This document shows positions 20,185 through 35,566 of a stretch of DNA of 64,000 nucleotides, piece by piece. How positions within the stretch are numbered: position 1 is the stretch's first letter; each line of letters opens with the position of its first letter. The stretch is from Rotaria socialis (Eukaryota). Location: NCBI GenBank assembly GCA_905331295.1, contig CAJNYD010000015.1:186001-250000 (forward strand), given 5' to 3'. The translations under genes were made by a program, and so were the position numbers. The notes under the pieces are model-generated. The model saw nothing but the letters and a program-made list of their open reading frames with translations, made no database searches and was not told the DNA's origin.

Positions 20185-22252
20185 TTAGTAATAAACAGCT
20201 TTTAAATTAGGAAAATACGCACTACAAGGTTTCGAATAATTCCGTACATTAAAAAGATAGAGATATTCCAATCTGCCACAATTGATTCGAGTTGCATCGT
20301 TTGTAAAATTACGTGTTCCTGTTTGTAGATTTTCATAGAAGATATAAAGTTTAATATTATTCGCTAGACATGTTTTGGTATGATCTAAAAATTGTTCGAG
20401 ATAATCATCATGTATACTAACCAGAGATAGCTCAGTCATATGAGGATATTCAATAGTTTCGAAACGTCGATTATCATTATTTGCTTCTTGACTTTTTTTA
20501 TTATTTTGCGGTGTCATATTCGATAACTCCAGTCTTCTTAATAGTGGAAACGATTTTGCAAGTCGAATGAAAAATTCGTGTTCGAACGGACGTTCATCAA
20601 ATAATGATATTTTTTCAACGTATTTGAATAATCCACCGGAAAAATTGTTTGTTATACGATAATAATGTGTCTTTCTATACGGATTCGTATAAATAAGACA
20701 CTGACTTTTCTTGTTCATTGAAAAATAATCAACACGAGAGGTTATTTCATAATCGTTGAAATCTACGAATGTACGCATAATATCTTCATTTGATGGTAGA
20801 CTACTTGGATTGTCAATTAGTAATAAAGAGTAAATGTAAAAAAGGAATTTCTTCAATAATGGAAATCGATTAATAATGTCCGTTTTTAAACGATTGCCAT
20901 CAATAAATGCTGTTTCCATATCGAGCAAGAGGTCCAAAGTTAATGTTTCAAGTTTAGACATTCTATATAAAAGCGGTAGGATGTATGCATAATAACTGTT
21001 TGTTCCATAAGTTGAAATCATTGAGAAGTGCTTCAAGTTTGGCAATTCTTTCTAGAAGAAAAAGTAATAAGCTGTTAAAATTATTTCTTTGTACAAAAAA
21101 TACTTGTTTAAATAAATATTTGTTGTTACAAAATAATTTACTTTATTATCGATTGTTAACTGTTGATTCATGATGACACTAATTTTGACATGAAATGAAC
21201 GAAGTCGATTGAAACGGCCATCGAGTAGAAATAGACAATCGCTAAAATTAGCTACTTGAACGTGTAATTCCAATAAAGTTGAAGAAGAAAAATTCACAAG
21301 TGCAGAACGACTGCTGAATGCGTCAAGATAGAACAAGAGAGAACCATGCAAATTTAAATAAATCAAATGTTTGAATACAGTCAACACGCGAGTAAATAGA
21401 ATTATCATCATTTCTTGTAATCTATCATCGTCATCGCAATAAATGGACATGACAAGTTTTGAAATCTTATTTTTGAACTTACGAACGAAATCAGTATTAT
21501 CTAAAAACAGAACAATGTTTACTATATTATTTATTAGCTATGGTGAAGGATGCAACATGATTCTATTGTAGACCACTACAGATATAGTGCGATGAATTGG
21601 TGTTCGCTGGTTACATGATCTCTATTATATACATATATGCAATTGAAGATACTGTGGATAAGAATCTTTATTAGTATTGAATGGGAACGTACACGACACT
21701 TTTTTTTCTGGCAAAGCGCAGACCCAATCACGGAACTTCACCATTAGGATATTTTTCAATTAAATCGCCCATTCTCAAGATTTGTTTTTTTCTGTCAATA
21801 AAATATTTCCGGTTGGATAGTTTTCAAAAAGGTCCGAAATCAAATGACTTACCGTTGAAGAGACGTTGCATTGTCTTATAGTCTATTCGATGAAGACCAA
21901 GTCTGCATAAATTTGGATACTCAGCAGCACCGAGAATACGTTCCATAGTTAATGACTCGAGATTTAGCCATTGGATATGATGATGAATCTGAGGCAACGT
22001 TTGAGAACAAAATCGATCGAGAATAACATTGTCCAATGGATGAATGTGGCCATTTGCTGAATTTCTCATCAGTGTTAAACGACCAGTAATGGTTGGATCA
22101 CAAAGGATTTTATCGATTCGCTTATTTATACCAACCATAGAATTGAGTATTTCAACACGATTTGCTTTCTTAAAAATCATCAGAAGTATTTCATCGGGTA
22201 GATTCATCAATTGAACGCAGAAGTCCTTCATAATGATATTCATTTTCGGCAT
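20185..22252 (-). CDS. F-box domain + LRR-like protein, 3 exons
   Basis: N-terminal F-box-like QLMNLPDEILLMIFKK, LDRFCSQTLPQIHHHI, DCLFLLDGRFNRL, FIDGNRLK and LFDERPFEHEFFIRLAKSFPLL. This resembles the F-box family expanded in bdelloids. Confidence 0.8.
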
Positions 22253-22546
22253 TGTCTTATTGCAGTAATGACAATAGTCTTATATATGTTGACTTGCCCG
22301 ATTGCCCTTTGCCGTCAGCACAGTTAGCCCAGCCCGTTGCTCGTCGAAATAGGTAAGGTCACCAATAAACACGGCTGTTTCTTTCTCAGCCATTGACTGA
22401 TTCTTAAATGATATATATATAATATCTTTGTTTGTAGCAATGAATTCAATAACATCGAAAGGAGAAAGATTGACAAGAAGATTCTTCATTCTTTACAAAA
22501 TACATTCATTGTTTAACAAAAAGAAACTTCTAATGTTAGTTATTCA

Positions 22547-22845
22547 CGAGGGAGAGTCACCAAGTGTTCAATCGCTTTTGCGTTGAAACTACTTACATTA
22601 TGTAGCTTCCGATGAGTTATGAATACATTAAAAATATTTTGGGCGGATAGCTTATTGCGACGAAACTAGGCCATTTCTAAGGCATGAGCCTTTTTGAGTG
22701 CCTGGGCCCCCCTCCCCCCACAGGGACATTAAAAAATTGATGTCCGAATTTTGACTTGAACCTTTTCATAGAAAGACTCGCTAAGGAGAACAACTTCTTG
22801 TGAACGTTTCAGACCTTTCTACTATTCCTATCGTTAGACACGGGT
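22547..22845. mobile_element. Partial inverted copy of the mariner-like MITE at 252-877
   Basis: Near-identical reverse complement of ~579-877, ending at the N at 22846. Confidence 0.9.
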
Positions 22846-23616
22846 NCTTGAAAATGTTTTCCAAGCAAAGTTTTCCGGAAAGGTGCATAAGACGAGACCT
22901 TTTCTAGCAGTTTGTTAAGTTATCGGATCTCTTCATTTTCGCTATATTTCTCTAATTACTCAGGCAACAAATAAAACTTTTTCAATTATACAGTAAAATC
23001 GACACTAATAACCGTTCTGAGCAAAAACTATTGGAAGACTGATGAAGGACTGCATAAGTTAATGAATAAAGTGAAATAATCAGTCGAATCCAATATTGAT
23101 CACAACATTGATTTGAATTGGTTAGGAAACTGCTTATATGATTTAATATTGAAGTTATTTTATTTAGGATCACAGAAAAAAGATGAAAGTACCAGCAATT
23201 ATTGTTTACAGAATTCAACCAAAGAATGACTCATAAACTTTTCGTTGCGAGTGCAACGTGCAACATGTCTTAAGTCACACTCAACTGTCTGAAGACCAAA
23301 ACTGGATCCTTGTTTGAGTCTTTTACTAATGTAGTTTCCATAACTCAATCTTCTTTCTTTATTCTACAACACAGCTGTGTTCTTTCGTTTTTCTCACAAT
23401 ATGACAAAAAAAGAGAAAGAAATGTTTGTTCTCTAATTTCTCCTAATTAAGAACATTTCAGTCAATAGCTTTTAATTAGTATGTCGCATTGGTCGATATA
23501 AATAAACGAGTAGAGAATGATGCATATTCAAAATAAAATTCAATCATTCTCTTCACATGAAGACAACTAGTATTTTTCTTATTATCAATACTTCGTCATA
23601 CTCGTACACTTACAAC

Positions 23617-24200
23617 ATGCCACCTACTTCAATGTCATATACTTTTATCCATATTATTGTTCTTCTGCAACTTCGTCGTGTCTATGCTGTTCATCTTCGT
23701 TTTATCAACAACAATTAGCAGCGCTTTCACCGTCTCCTCCCTATGACAACTATCATCAAGTATGGTTTTCTATTTAAGCGAATTATCATTTTTTGAAATC
23801 TTTTCTTGTTCGATTCCATCTTCGACCACAACAACTCAAAATGTAAGTCTAGCTTTCAAAATTTATTTTTGAAACTTTGATTTCTTCCAAATTTAGATAC
23901 AACGGTTAACGTCAAAAACTACACGGTTATAAGATTCGATATATACTTAACGAATTGTTTCAACGCGTAACTTATCCGAATGGTAAGATTAAAACTAGCA
24001 TTGTCCAGATTAACCTATTCGTTTCATTGTTGTAGCTAGCCAACGTGATTTAGTTGCTCGTCACATTGGAGCAAATTCGAATTTGGTTTCAAAATCGACA
24101 TCGTTTACAAACATTACGTGATTCTGGTGAACGGTCAGCAACAACACAAGAACTCACTGCTATAGAACAAGGCAAAATAGCAATTGACTCGAATGAATGA
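23617..24200 (+). pseudogene. Degraded homeobox gene
   Basis: Exons 23897-23982 and 24036-24200 encode G*RQKLHGYKIRYILNELFQRVTYPN/ASQRDLVARHIG, then in a shifted frame EQIRIWFQNRHR (helix 3). There is an in-frame TAA and a frameshift. The 5' boundary is uncertain. Confidence 0.75.
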
Positions 24201-25153
24201 AAAACACGACTTCGTGAAGTCTCTAAATTCAAAAATGCTTCACCATGAGTTCGTCCTAACGAATCATCTTAATTTATGTCTCGTACTATACTATTTATTT
24301 CACTTGTATTCGTTTTAGTCAATAAAATAATTTGTTTTTCACATAGGCTACTTTTTTCTGGATCATCCCGTGGGCTAAAGGAAGTAGTAATTTCTAACAT
24401 GTTAGTTCAGTCTGAAAAGTCTTGTAATCAAATAAAAATCAGCATACTTATTAGATGAATGCATTGAATCGAAACATTCAAATAGTCGAGAAAGCATTTT
24501 TCAACTCATATCATAGGAGCTAACATATATCTTCTCTTAAATTGAACCGCAAACGAAATGAGCCCATATTTGTATCAATAAGGTAAGCATAGACATTCCT
24601 TATTTACGTTGACGATGTGAAAGTATTGTCTCAGAAAATCAGGTTGTGATCTTATCAATGAAAAAGATTCATCTGTTCTGTTATTCGACCAATCGAAAGT
24701 CGCAAGATGATTCATCACAAATATATCAGTTTTTCTCTTCCATCCCAAGAGACAAACGTATTCGGCATTGACCGAACAGGTTGTTTAGTTTTGAAGAAAA
24801 ATTTATCCGTAGAAAATGAACTTAATAAAAGACACAAAATATTTAAAGATCGAATCGCATATGAACATGACCCACCGAATTTCCGGCTAGATTATATGAT
24901 AAGTATAAATTGATGTGTTGTGTCTGGTCATTTATGCACTATTCCAACAAGCAATATATTAGCATGAAATGTTTCGGATAGACATAATACAAAATTGGAA
25001 GTTGTTCATTAAATATGATCATAGTTGAAAATGTTTCATCAAGACAAAAACAAAACAAAAAACGAACACCAAAATTAATCGCTACGATCGAAAATATTTG
25101 AAAAAGAAAGTTGATCAACTGTACCAAAACGATGTTGTCGATCAGAATTATTA

Positions 25154-25792
25154 TTATTCGGGCTCGAAGTTTTGTATATCATTGTTCGATTAGGTGTACT
25201 GAAAAGGACAACAAAAAAAAGTTCAATTATATATAAAAAAAAAAGAAAAATATCCTTACCTCCACTTCATAGGCCCAATAGATAAACGTTCATCACGACT
25301 GGATGTTTCATCATTGTACATCTGTTTTGATGACGACGAGAACATCGATGATGAATCGAATCGATTGAGTGGTTGAATTTTTCGAATTAATGCCACTTGC
25401 TATTTTAAAAAAATAACACAATGCTTAAAATATTCGAAAAATAAAATACAACTTACAAGACATTCCGAGCTTAGCCGTTTCGATGCTGTTAAATTAATAC
25501 TTCGTCGACGTGCCGTACGATGAATAAGTGGTATTGGTTTCGGTGAATATAACATCAGAAATGATTTAAACGATGATCGACGTCGACGACTCGATATTTC
25601 ACTATTTGCACTCTGATTATCCGATGAGTAGATTTGTTGTTTTAGAACAGTCGTTGTTATAGATGAATGCGAACTTGTTTGAACTGATTGATCACGTTTT
25701 GAACATCGTTGTTGATTAATAAATTTATTTGTAAGCCGACCAAAGATTGTTTTCTTCTTTTTTTCTGTAAATGATATTTTTTCGATAACCAT
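25154..25792 (-). CDS. Small Ser/Arg-rich protein of unknown function, 3 exons
   Basis: ORF MVIEKISFTEKKKK... has a GT donor near 25455. Further exons at ~25259-25399 and 25154-25198 end ...QNFEPE*. Confidence 0.55.
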
Positions 25793-27972
25793 TCTAATCG
25801 TTTCAGATCAGCAGAATGAAAGAATACGGAAGAAATAAAATATATTTATAGAGAAATCGGAAGAAGAGAAAAATCATTGCTTGACCAATCAGACACGATC
25901 GTTGCTATTTATTTTTCGCTTTCACTTTTGACTGACGAAACTGTTGAACTGAAATAACTGTATTATTTGTACAGATCAATCGATAAGAATTAGAGTTTGG
26001 TTTAAGGGAAGTGTATTACACCATAACAGTTCAAGCATATCTCAGTTTCGAATAGGTCTTTAGGTATTAATTAGACATGCGACTCACTGATTAGCTCAAT
26101 AGTTTGATGTTAAAGATAAGTTCGCATAGCAGATAGACTTATGATAATATTGACAATTTTGGAAGGTCAATAAGTTTTCACGTTTTTTAATATATGCAAA
26201 ACAAAAATCGCAATGTTCGTTGCGCATCAATACTGATGATATTCAAACGATTTCATTTTATCTTCGTTCTTTCATTCTTGTTCACACCTTTTTGTTTTTG
26301 ATGCATCATCAATAGTACATAAAATATCTATTGAAATTAATGATAGATATACCGTTGACTTTTAAAACAAATTCCAATTCTTATCAGTCTTGTAACATAT
26401 ATTAAAACATTCTTTTCGTTTAATTGAATATGTAAAAAAAAAGAAAGAGAATTCAATCATGTTTTCTGTAGAAAATATCGATGGGAATGTGGAAGATAAT
26501 TATGAAGAAAACGATGTCAATAATTCACATGCTATTCGCTAGAAAAATACATGCACACTAGGATATAAACTATGTACAATTGTCAACCTGAATCGAATGA
26601 TTCGATCAACGGGATGTCAATCGGTTTATTTCACTCAATTTTTATCGTTGACTCGTGTCTGTTTACGAGAGGCGTAATTCGATTATCGGGATAGTTATGT
26701 ACAAAAGATCTAGGTTTTTAAGATGACGATCAATTCTTAAATTTATGAGTGTCTTTGTATGTGAAGATCAAAAAAGAAAATATATTCAATAGAAACTTGA
26801 TGATTATGTGTGAAGAGAAAATTTTTATAGTTTCGTTTCTCGTCTTTGAATTTCAAAATAGATAAGCAAATTTTTTGCTCTAATTTTATGGGTGATTTTT
26901 TAATGATATGATGTTTAGGTGACAACCCATCGAAACTATAAAAGAAGTGTGTCTGAAAGCATGTTTCAGTTGTTTGATGATGAGAACAAGTGGCAGATGT
27001 AAATGAACGTGATTTTTTCTCAATAATGAAGAATTTTAAAAAAGTAGCTTCATTTTAAGTGAACTGTGTCCAGTTGAAATTTTGGGTAAATGTTTAGCAC
27101 GTTTTATGCAAAGTGAAGGGGCTAATTGTTTTTTCTTTTGTTAAGAACTTATTCAAAAAAATAGCAGAGAAAAAGTTCTCGATTTAACCATGAACTCATA
27201 AAAGAATTAGAATACATGGGAAATTTTCTGATCGATTAGAAATTATATTTAGAAAAAGAGTCCCACGACAAATATAGAAAAATGACTGTCTTTGATAATC
27301 AAGCGAAGAATGATCTAACGCATCGTTCAGTGTAATTATAGATTAAAGGAAAGCAGAAGAAAAAAACATACAAATCAAACTCATACGGTTTGAAATGTTT
27401 AATTGATTATAACATGGAATTTAATACAAATAATTGCCATGCAATTCTAGTTTTTATTCAGATCAAAATTCACAGAGAGACTTATCGAGTTGGGACTAGG
27501 TTGTACATCTTTCTTATAAAACTTTCGTGGAATATATCTGGTAGCTGTATATCTATTGAATTCGTATGTTTATTTCCGGTGAAAATGTTAGTGTTATTGA
27601 TACCTATTTTTATGACCTCGCTGCTCGATATACAATAAACAGGATATGTGAACGATGGTCACACCCTTCCATTTTATGCTAATCCGACAGTTTTTCAGCC
27701 GCTTTACAAATGATCTAATTTACAGCAAGTGTTAACATAAGCTCGCAAGATGAATTTATCAAAAGTTTATGAAAAAAAAACAGAGCATAAAAAGAATTCA
27801 TAATTGGGAGCCATTCTAATGTAGAAAGAGAATTTATTTTTTGTTTGTGAAATTTTACGATAACAAACGCCGTTGAAATTAGTCCTATACAAGGATTTAT
27901 TGATTGTCAATCTGTGTCAGATAGACTTGAGTGTATAATAAAATGGTACATTAAAAAACAATCGTTCATCAT

Positions 27973-30755
27973 TTATTGTTGAGGTATGTCCCATTGAAAT
28001 CCTAAATTCTTCTTGGTTTGATCGAATGTGTTTTTCTCTTGAGTGCGTGGTTTTCTCTCACTGTTACTGCTGCGACTTTCATTCTTTCTGTAGCCTTGAT
28101 TCCATTGATCAAATCGTTTCATTTCTTCAACGTAAACCTAAATAAAACTTTTTAATAATGAAAAAAACCCACATACAAACAAGATTTACATACTTTTTTC
28201 ATGGGATATGTGTTACGTCCATTTTCGTCCATGTATGAAATAACACGTCCTGCATAATCTTGAAATTGTTGTCGTTCGATTTCACTCATATGTTTATCAA
28301 GTTGAACTTCATCGACTTCAGTCGCTTTTAATGCGCGCTCACGGTCTTTTCGTTCTTGCTGCAAAGTGTAAATCAGAATAAAATGGTGGTTTTCGAAAAA
28401 TATTAATTCACATTTTCTGTCCTTAAATGTATTGATTTCACTTAGAAATTGAAAATCGTTGTCGACTGTTTTCTTTATTCTAATTAACTGGTGAATCTAT
28501 GTTATCCCCTTTGACTGTAGCACTTATGGGAGTGGACAACTGGTATGGTTCCGTCGCGTAATGACAGAGAAAAATGTTCTGACCTTTTTACAGTCCTATC
28601 TTTCACGATAGAGTAACACTGTATATCTCTAATAAAATGATGTCATTAACTTGAATCTTAAGTTTTATGGAATTTTTTAAGTAAAAATATTTATGTTTTA
28701 AAATTAAGCATTCTTCTTTGGCTCTGCCGGAGTGATAAACTGTGTCTATTTAGAGGAAAATATTGCAGAATTTCTTTACCAGAACTGTAATTCAGGTGGT
28801 CTACTTCGACCTGTACTGTGGAATACGAAAGCCTTGGGCTGTTTCTTTTAGCTAGACCAAGACTAATTTTGTACATCTCTAGCCATAACCTGATTCGTAA
28901 TTTTTACAATCTAAATGCTTATTTAAATAGAATGACTTACAGCTTGTTTCAAAAGATGTTCTGAAACAGCTTGCGCATCTTCATCTCGTTTTTTATCCTT
29001 TTCTTGTTGATATATAAGAAACAATTGATCAGCTTCTGCTTTTCTTAGCCGTAGTTCAGCGTCATCACGTTCGTCCATTTCCTTTTCAGCTTCACGTCGT
29101 TTCATCTGAAACGGAGAGAAAAAGTAAAATACTGATTTAATGACATCAAAATATTGTTCATACCGCTTCTTGTCGATACTTATTAATTGAATCTTTCATT
29201 TTTTTTTGCTTATCTAATTTTTCCTGTTCTTCACGTAATTCTTTTGCTTCTCTTTCTGCTCGAGCACGGAACATTTGTGTGTCCAAATTAGCTTCAGCTC
29301 GTTTTTGTAACGAGCCCAAATAGCCAGTCATATAATCACGTGCGTCTTGTTTTTCCCTATAGACAAATCAAATGAAATAAATCTCTTGACCGGTACATTA
29401 AATAAACTCACTGATGAGCTTGAAATTCTTTTTGACGTCTTAATCGAGCAATATTTTTCTTAGCATCTGCGTATATACGAAGTTCATCATCTTCTTCCTA
29501 AGAAGAAAAAAAAGTGACGAACAAATATTATGTCAAAAAAAAATTCTCTTCTTCTTTTACTTCATCTAATTGTTTTTCCATCTGTCGAACCTTGAATTTG
29601 TCGTCGAGTGCTTGATCATACATATTTTTCACATCGTGTTGTGTTAATTTACGAAATCGTTCGATTTCCATTTGTTCAAGTGCATATTGTTCAGCTAATC
29701 GTCTATATTCTTCACCTTCTTGGAGATCTCTTTGTTTTTCATTTATTTGTTGCATTCGTTTTCGTTCCATTCTTAAAGAAAAACCAATTCATATAAATAT
29801 TGAAATTGAAAAGTTTCATTTTACGAACTGTGCAATTTGATATTGAGTTACATTAGATCGATCTCTATAAATAAATCGAAAAATGATCGCGTGATAAAAC
29901 ATCGATTTGCAGAATAAATTACCTTGCTTTTTTCTCAGCTTTTTCTTGTTCAGCTCTAATATAATCATTTTGAGCTACTTGATAACGTTGACGTTCTTGT
30001 TCATCATCGGTGTGACGCATTTGTTCAATACGTTTTTTCATTTCAATTTGCAGATCACGTTCTTTTAAAACTTCTGTATGAAGAAGAGCGCTCTATAGTT
30101 TCGAAAAAAAGACATAAGACAATAAAATGAATATTGAAATTTACATGAAACGTTCGAACACGATCTGTTTCGTAATATTTTAATTGTTTTGCTTTTTCAA
30201 TGTGTTCTCGACGACGTTCAGCAGCTAATTTTTCTTCTTCAATATCTAATAATTTCTTTCTGTCTTCTTCTTCTTGTTCACGAATCTTTTTCATTTCAAG
30301 TTTACGTTCACGTGCTCCCTGATATTATAAAATTCTTTTAATGAAAGACAAACAAACAAGTAAAATTATTGATTCATTTACAGCGATAGTATTTGTCCAA
30401 TGTTTAGTTACTTGAGCTGAACGTTCAGCTATCTCTTTTTTTCGAGCTATTTCTTGTTGAATAGCATCTTTACTACGTTGACGATGATCTAAATTTTCAT
30501 AGATACGATTCAAATCGGTTTTGGTTATGATACACATTCGACGAAGATCGGCAGCATCTGGTAAACGATGTTGTTGGGGTATTTCGGTTCGATTAAAAGC
30601 TGGATATGGAGCTATTCAAAAATATATCTATTAACAAATTAATTTGGTAAGGCGTTTTTTTTCTAACCCGAATGACTGCGTCTTTGTCGTTGTAGTAATA
30701 ATTGAGTATTAGCCATTGGCTTTGCTAAAGGATCGGGTAAAGTTTTAATAACCAT
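27973..30755 (-). CDS. CFAP210: Trichoplein-domain ciliary coiled-coil protein, CFAP210/CCDC173-like
   Basis: E/K/R/Q-rich coiled coil containing HWTNTIAGARERKLE, YETDRVRTFHSALLHTEVLKERDLQI and GRNTYPM. Multi-exon, ending LGFQWDIPQQ*. Confidence 0.75.
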
Positions 30756-33700
30756 GATTATAACTGTTTCTTTTTTATAACTATGATGATCTTATAACAT
30801 GTCAAGCCTGTATGATTACGCCATTCTTTTCATTTGATTCATTTCGTTTCTTGACAACTCTTTCGTCGTCGTATATTCGTAAAATATCCTTTCGTTTGAA
30901 TTCTTATGAATTTCAGATAGAAAATTGTACTAGAAAAATCTTGAGAACAAAATTCATTAGATCTTATTTTTAATTTTCGATTTTCTGGTAATAAATATGA
31001 TATTTACATATCTATGCTGCATCTAGTGTCCTCTATATGCCATGTATATGTGGATATATGTATGTCGTGTCGAAGTTAGTTACACTGTTGGTCGACGTTG
31101 TAATATATTGTATAAATGCATGTCGTTTAGCAAGAAATCAATATCTTTACTTTAGATCATCATACGAGTATTGCAACAGGTAAGTAGTGCTATGTCATAC
31201 ATAATATGAAAAATTTAATGGACAAAAATTTAAAAACATTGTTGTTAAATTGATGCAAAGATTTATTGTGCCATGCCAATTCAATTAGGGAATATGAAAT
31301 TCAAGTTTTGTCTGCAGTTTCTTTGCTGCGGATTTGTCTTATAAGATAGAATATTTGTTCAAAAAGATTTTTAGAAGATCATTTATTCTCCTCTTTCATA
31401 ATAAAGCTTGAAATATTAAATTAGTAAAACAACACCAAGAAAAACGAATTATGCGCTTTCTGTATCTCTATATCCTTATTTTGTAGTGGGTTGGTGTTTC
31501 AACTATGGTTAGATTCTTGAAAAAAATCGTGTATTTCATGCTGCAATAAAAATTAATACTCGTTGTTGAGTGGGTCACTAAATAATATTGTCGAGATACA
31601 AAATTGAAGCTCTCTTGATCTTGAGAGCTAGTTAAATAGAAAGAGATTATTGTTATTGATGATATAAAATGCAATGGAATATGCAGTCAAATCTCTGTCA
31701 AATGAGTCCAGTTAGAATTTACTTAAATTATTCACTTTTGACACAGGCATTCTCGCATAGAAAATGTCATATTTTGAAACTGAAGAATATTCTTTTGTTT
31801 TTAGACCAAACAATGCAAAGTAGTTTGAGAATTGATCAGATAGAGAGAGAGAGAGAGAAAAGGATATACACATTTTTCTCGTTTGTAAAAGGTTTGAGTA
31901 ATCGCAGGGAATTGCGTATATATGTGCCCCACTATAGGATATCTATTTACATCGAAAACTCGATTGGTGACATTGAAATGTTTTCTGTTATTACAGGTTT
32001 ATATCCATAAATTTTTTATTGTACCCAGACTAATCCAAAACTAAAAGGACATTAATGATTAAGTTTTGTATAGAAAGTTTGAGGACATTTTCTCTATGTA
32101 TGTGTTGATAGGGATAATATACCATCATTCTTCAACTAGTACTCTGTTAATAAAATTTTTGACAACTGTTTTTATTTGTTTCTGGTATTTCGTGAGATTG
32201 GAACTGCTCCTGTCAAAACAAAATAAGTGGGAAGTTGATGTTGATATTGTATTAAATAGAAGTAATATAAAGAACTGCCCTTTTTATTATAACAAAATCC
32301 AGTTAACAATACATGAAAATGATCTCGTAGAAGACTTTATTCTACTCTTTTGAAATATGTACATGAGTCCTATGTTTTGATTGCGCCATTAAGAAACCAT
32401 ATAGACATTCTATTTGACACTCATATACTAGTGAAATCTCTAAGAAGTACTATGTAAAAATAGAATGGCTGCTTTGAGTATTTACACAGAAAACAATATT
32501 GCCGTAGTTCTTGTTGAAAGTTGTTTGAAAAACAATGACATATGACTTGATATGTCCATCTATTGTCGTTGTTACGATAAGAAGTGCAAATCTTTGACTT
32601 GTTTCTGTCAAAAAAAAACATACCGAAAAATATCTAATCGCTGGTTTTTACGCCGGATGGCAGATATAAATATTATATCGTCATATATCATCAGAAATAG
32701 CTCGTTTCATATGCACATTTGTAGAATATTAGTATAAAAAAGTTGACATGGTAGATAAATACATAATAAATTATTTCTCCGATCTGTGCATACCGAGAGA
32801 AAATATTCTCGAGTTTGCTATACAATATTTTAGTCTTGTGTTGGCATTACTTTTGGTTTGCTACAAATATTTTCATGCGACTACTCGCGACTCAATCATC
32901 AGCATAAATCAGACCTTCTAATTAATTCTAGAATTATCATGCACATGTGTTGTCTTGTCACAAACGACAAAATATGTCAATTTCCAAGTGCTCAGTACTA
33001 CGAGATGAATTCTATTTCATTCTGTCCAGAACCGGATTAAATAAAATAAAAGTAAGTAGTTAAAGACTTAATTTGATTTTCTTTATAGAAATAAAATTAT
33101 CAATCTAAATTGACAACGAGCTGCTAAATATAAATGAAAGTAATATGTTTGGAAAGATAAGCATGGTGAGACTCGGTATATTATTATTATTTCAAATATT
33201 TGGCAAACAGATAGTTCTACCACCTACATTAAAAATTTTGTCATTTAGCTTTTAGAAAATGTAGGACAATTTATAGAGAAAGAATAGTATAAGACCACCT
33301 GCGATTTCATTAGAGGTCGAGGTTATAGCTGGGAGTAGAAAAATGAATACTTGATTTAAATAGATCTTCAATGTCCTAAATCAGTATTTTTGCGAGTTTC
33401 TCTCCTTGAATAATGCATATTGGTATGTGGCGCCCTCTTTTATACCTGCTATTCGAGCATTTTTTTGTTTAAAAAAGTATACCACATAATGCAATACAAA
33501 AACAAAGATCGGAACATATTATTTCAATAAAGAATATTGTTTGGTTTCAATGAGAGAACAGATGACACCTTTAGTAGAGTAATCCTAATCATTGGTCTAG
33601 TATAACTCTGATAAACAATTGTTTATATTTATTGCCATGTAGTCATCGCTTGTATTCCTAGTCCTAGTTTGTCGCATACAACGACCTCTAATAATTTCCG

Positions 33701-35535
33701 AAAGACGATTGCAACAGATGCTAAGAAACCTTCAATTCTATTGTTTATTAAACAAGTGATGCGAAAAAAGTCATGGTTATACATATATTTATTCTAGTGG
33801 AGAACATTTTATAGATTAGCATCTTAAAAGAAAAAGAATATTATTCTATTCATAAGTATTTATTTATTTTTCTATAAATATTAACTAAATAATATCGCGC
33901 ACTTAATTTAAATATTTAAAGTCAAGACTAAGTTAGATCGACATAGTTTTATATTTTTAGAAGTCTCGATATCTTATTAAATGTCTCCACATCGTTTATC
34001 AATCTTTTTCATAGAAAAAATAATCATGGAGAATTTATTTTTCGATGTTTATGAAAGTATCCAGTGGATATTAGGGAGAAAATCGATAATCATTAAGTTT
34101 TAGGATAAAAATTTCAATGAGACAAATCAATCTCAATCAAATTTTATTTTCATTACGAATTAATAATAATATAGGTCCATTTTTTTCTCATCTAAAAAAA
34201 TGACTTGCTTTAAGTTTAACGTAATCATTGACAGAAATAAGCAGAATAGCTGAATATATACTGCTGTAGTAGATATTATGAGTAATAATCTAAAATGAGA
34301 GCGAATAGTGCAGTTTAGCGTATTTTTCATGTTCTGATTTACAGCTTAGTAAATTTCATGCCGAATAGATCAAACTTGAATGCGCCTTTTTCGTCGTTCG
34401 AAGCCCTAATCTATGGTAATCCAAAGACGAAACCTACTAGATTCTAAAAGAATCACACTCAATTCTCTTGCGTAGGAGAGTTAATACTTATTATACTTCG
34501 ATATGATTTGTTTTCGTTCTAGTACTTAACTAAACATAAAATATTCAATAAAAATATTAGTTCTGAAAAGTAAAACAAAATATCGTTTCTCTTTCTAAAT
34601 TTGTAAATTATAAAAAATTGAATCATAGTTGATGTCTACGACCTAGATTTTACATTGTATTACCTCCCCTGTGTTAGTCCGATGTTAAGATGATTAATGC
34701 AATTTCTAATAAATCGTCAAGAAGATAATAAGTAATAGCTATAAACTGAATGTTGAACAACGATATCATTTATTTGAACAATAATAATCTGCTGAATATT
34801 TTAACCAATACCACATTGTGATCTAAAACTATGCTCAGTGAAAATTTGCTATTCCCTAGAGTATAGGACTCATGGGAAATGAAATTTATATGCACGTAGT
34901 TAAAAGCGCTACTCTGAACTTCTCGGTAGCTGAGTAAAAATGTTTTTTTCGTGCAATTTATCATTCTCTATCACAAAGGGATTTCAAGGGATTTGTTGAT
35001 GATTGTTTGATGAAATAGAAAGTAAGGTGTAAAATCTTTTTGCACAAACCACTCCTTTCACTAATCATCTACAACATTGAATATGTATCTTGTTTTGCTT
35101 TAGATAAAAGTCCAGTCCGGTGTTGGCATTTAAATTAACATCATACCAAAGTGATGAATCATTCACATAAACTCAGCAAGCAAAATAGGTAAATGAATCA
35201 TTTTTCTCGTTACTCATTTTGCAATGCGAACAAAACACATCTTCATGACAATCAATGCTTCTTATTTTTGTTGCATGAAAAAAAGGAATTAGTCATAGAA
35301 TTCGATAAAATGATTGTATGGAGAGGGGGCCAGCGAAGAGCTAAATTATGTATCATCGTGCGTCTTTTTTTTCGTTCTATTACTATTATTTATTAACAAA
35401 GAAGGAAGAAGATAAAGCCGCATACGCGCACATATTGTGGATGTTAACCGATACACATTTTTAGACATAGATAATTGGTATAGTCCATATTATTCGGTTG
35501 TGTATCGTCCATCTGGCCTTTCTTTTCCTTTTCTT

Positions 35536-35566
<31 letters not shown>

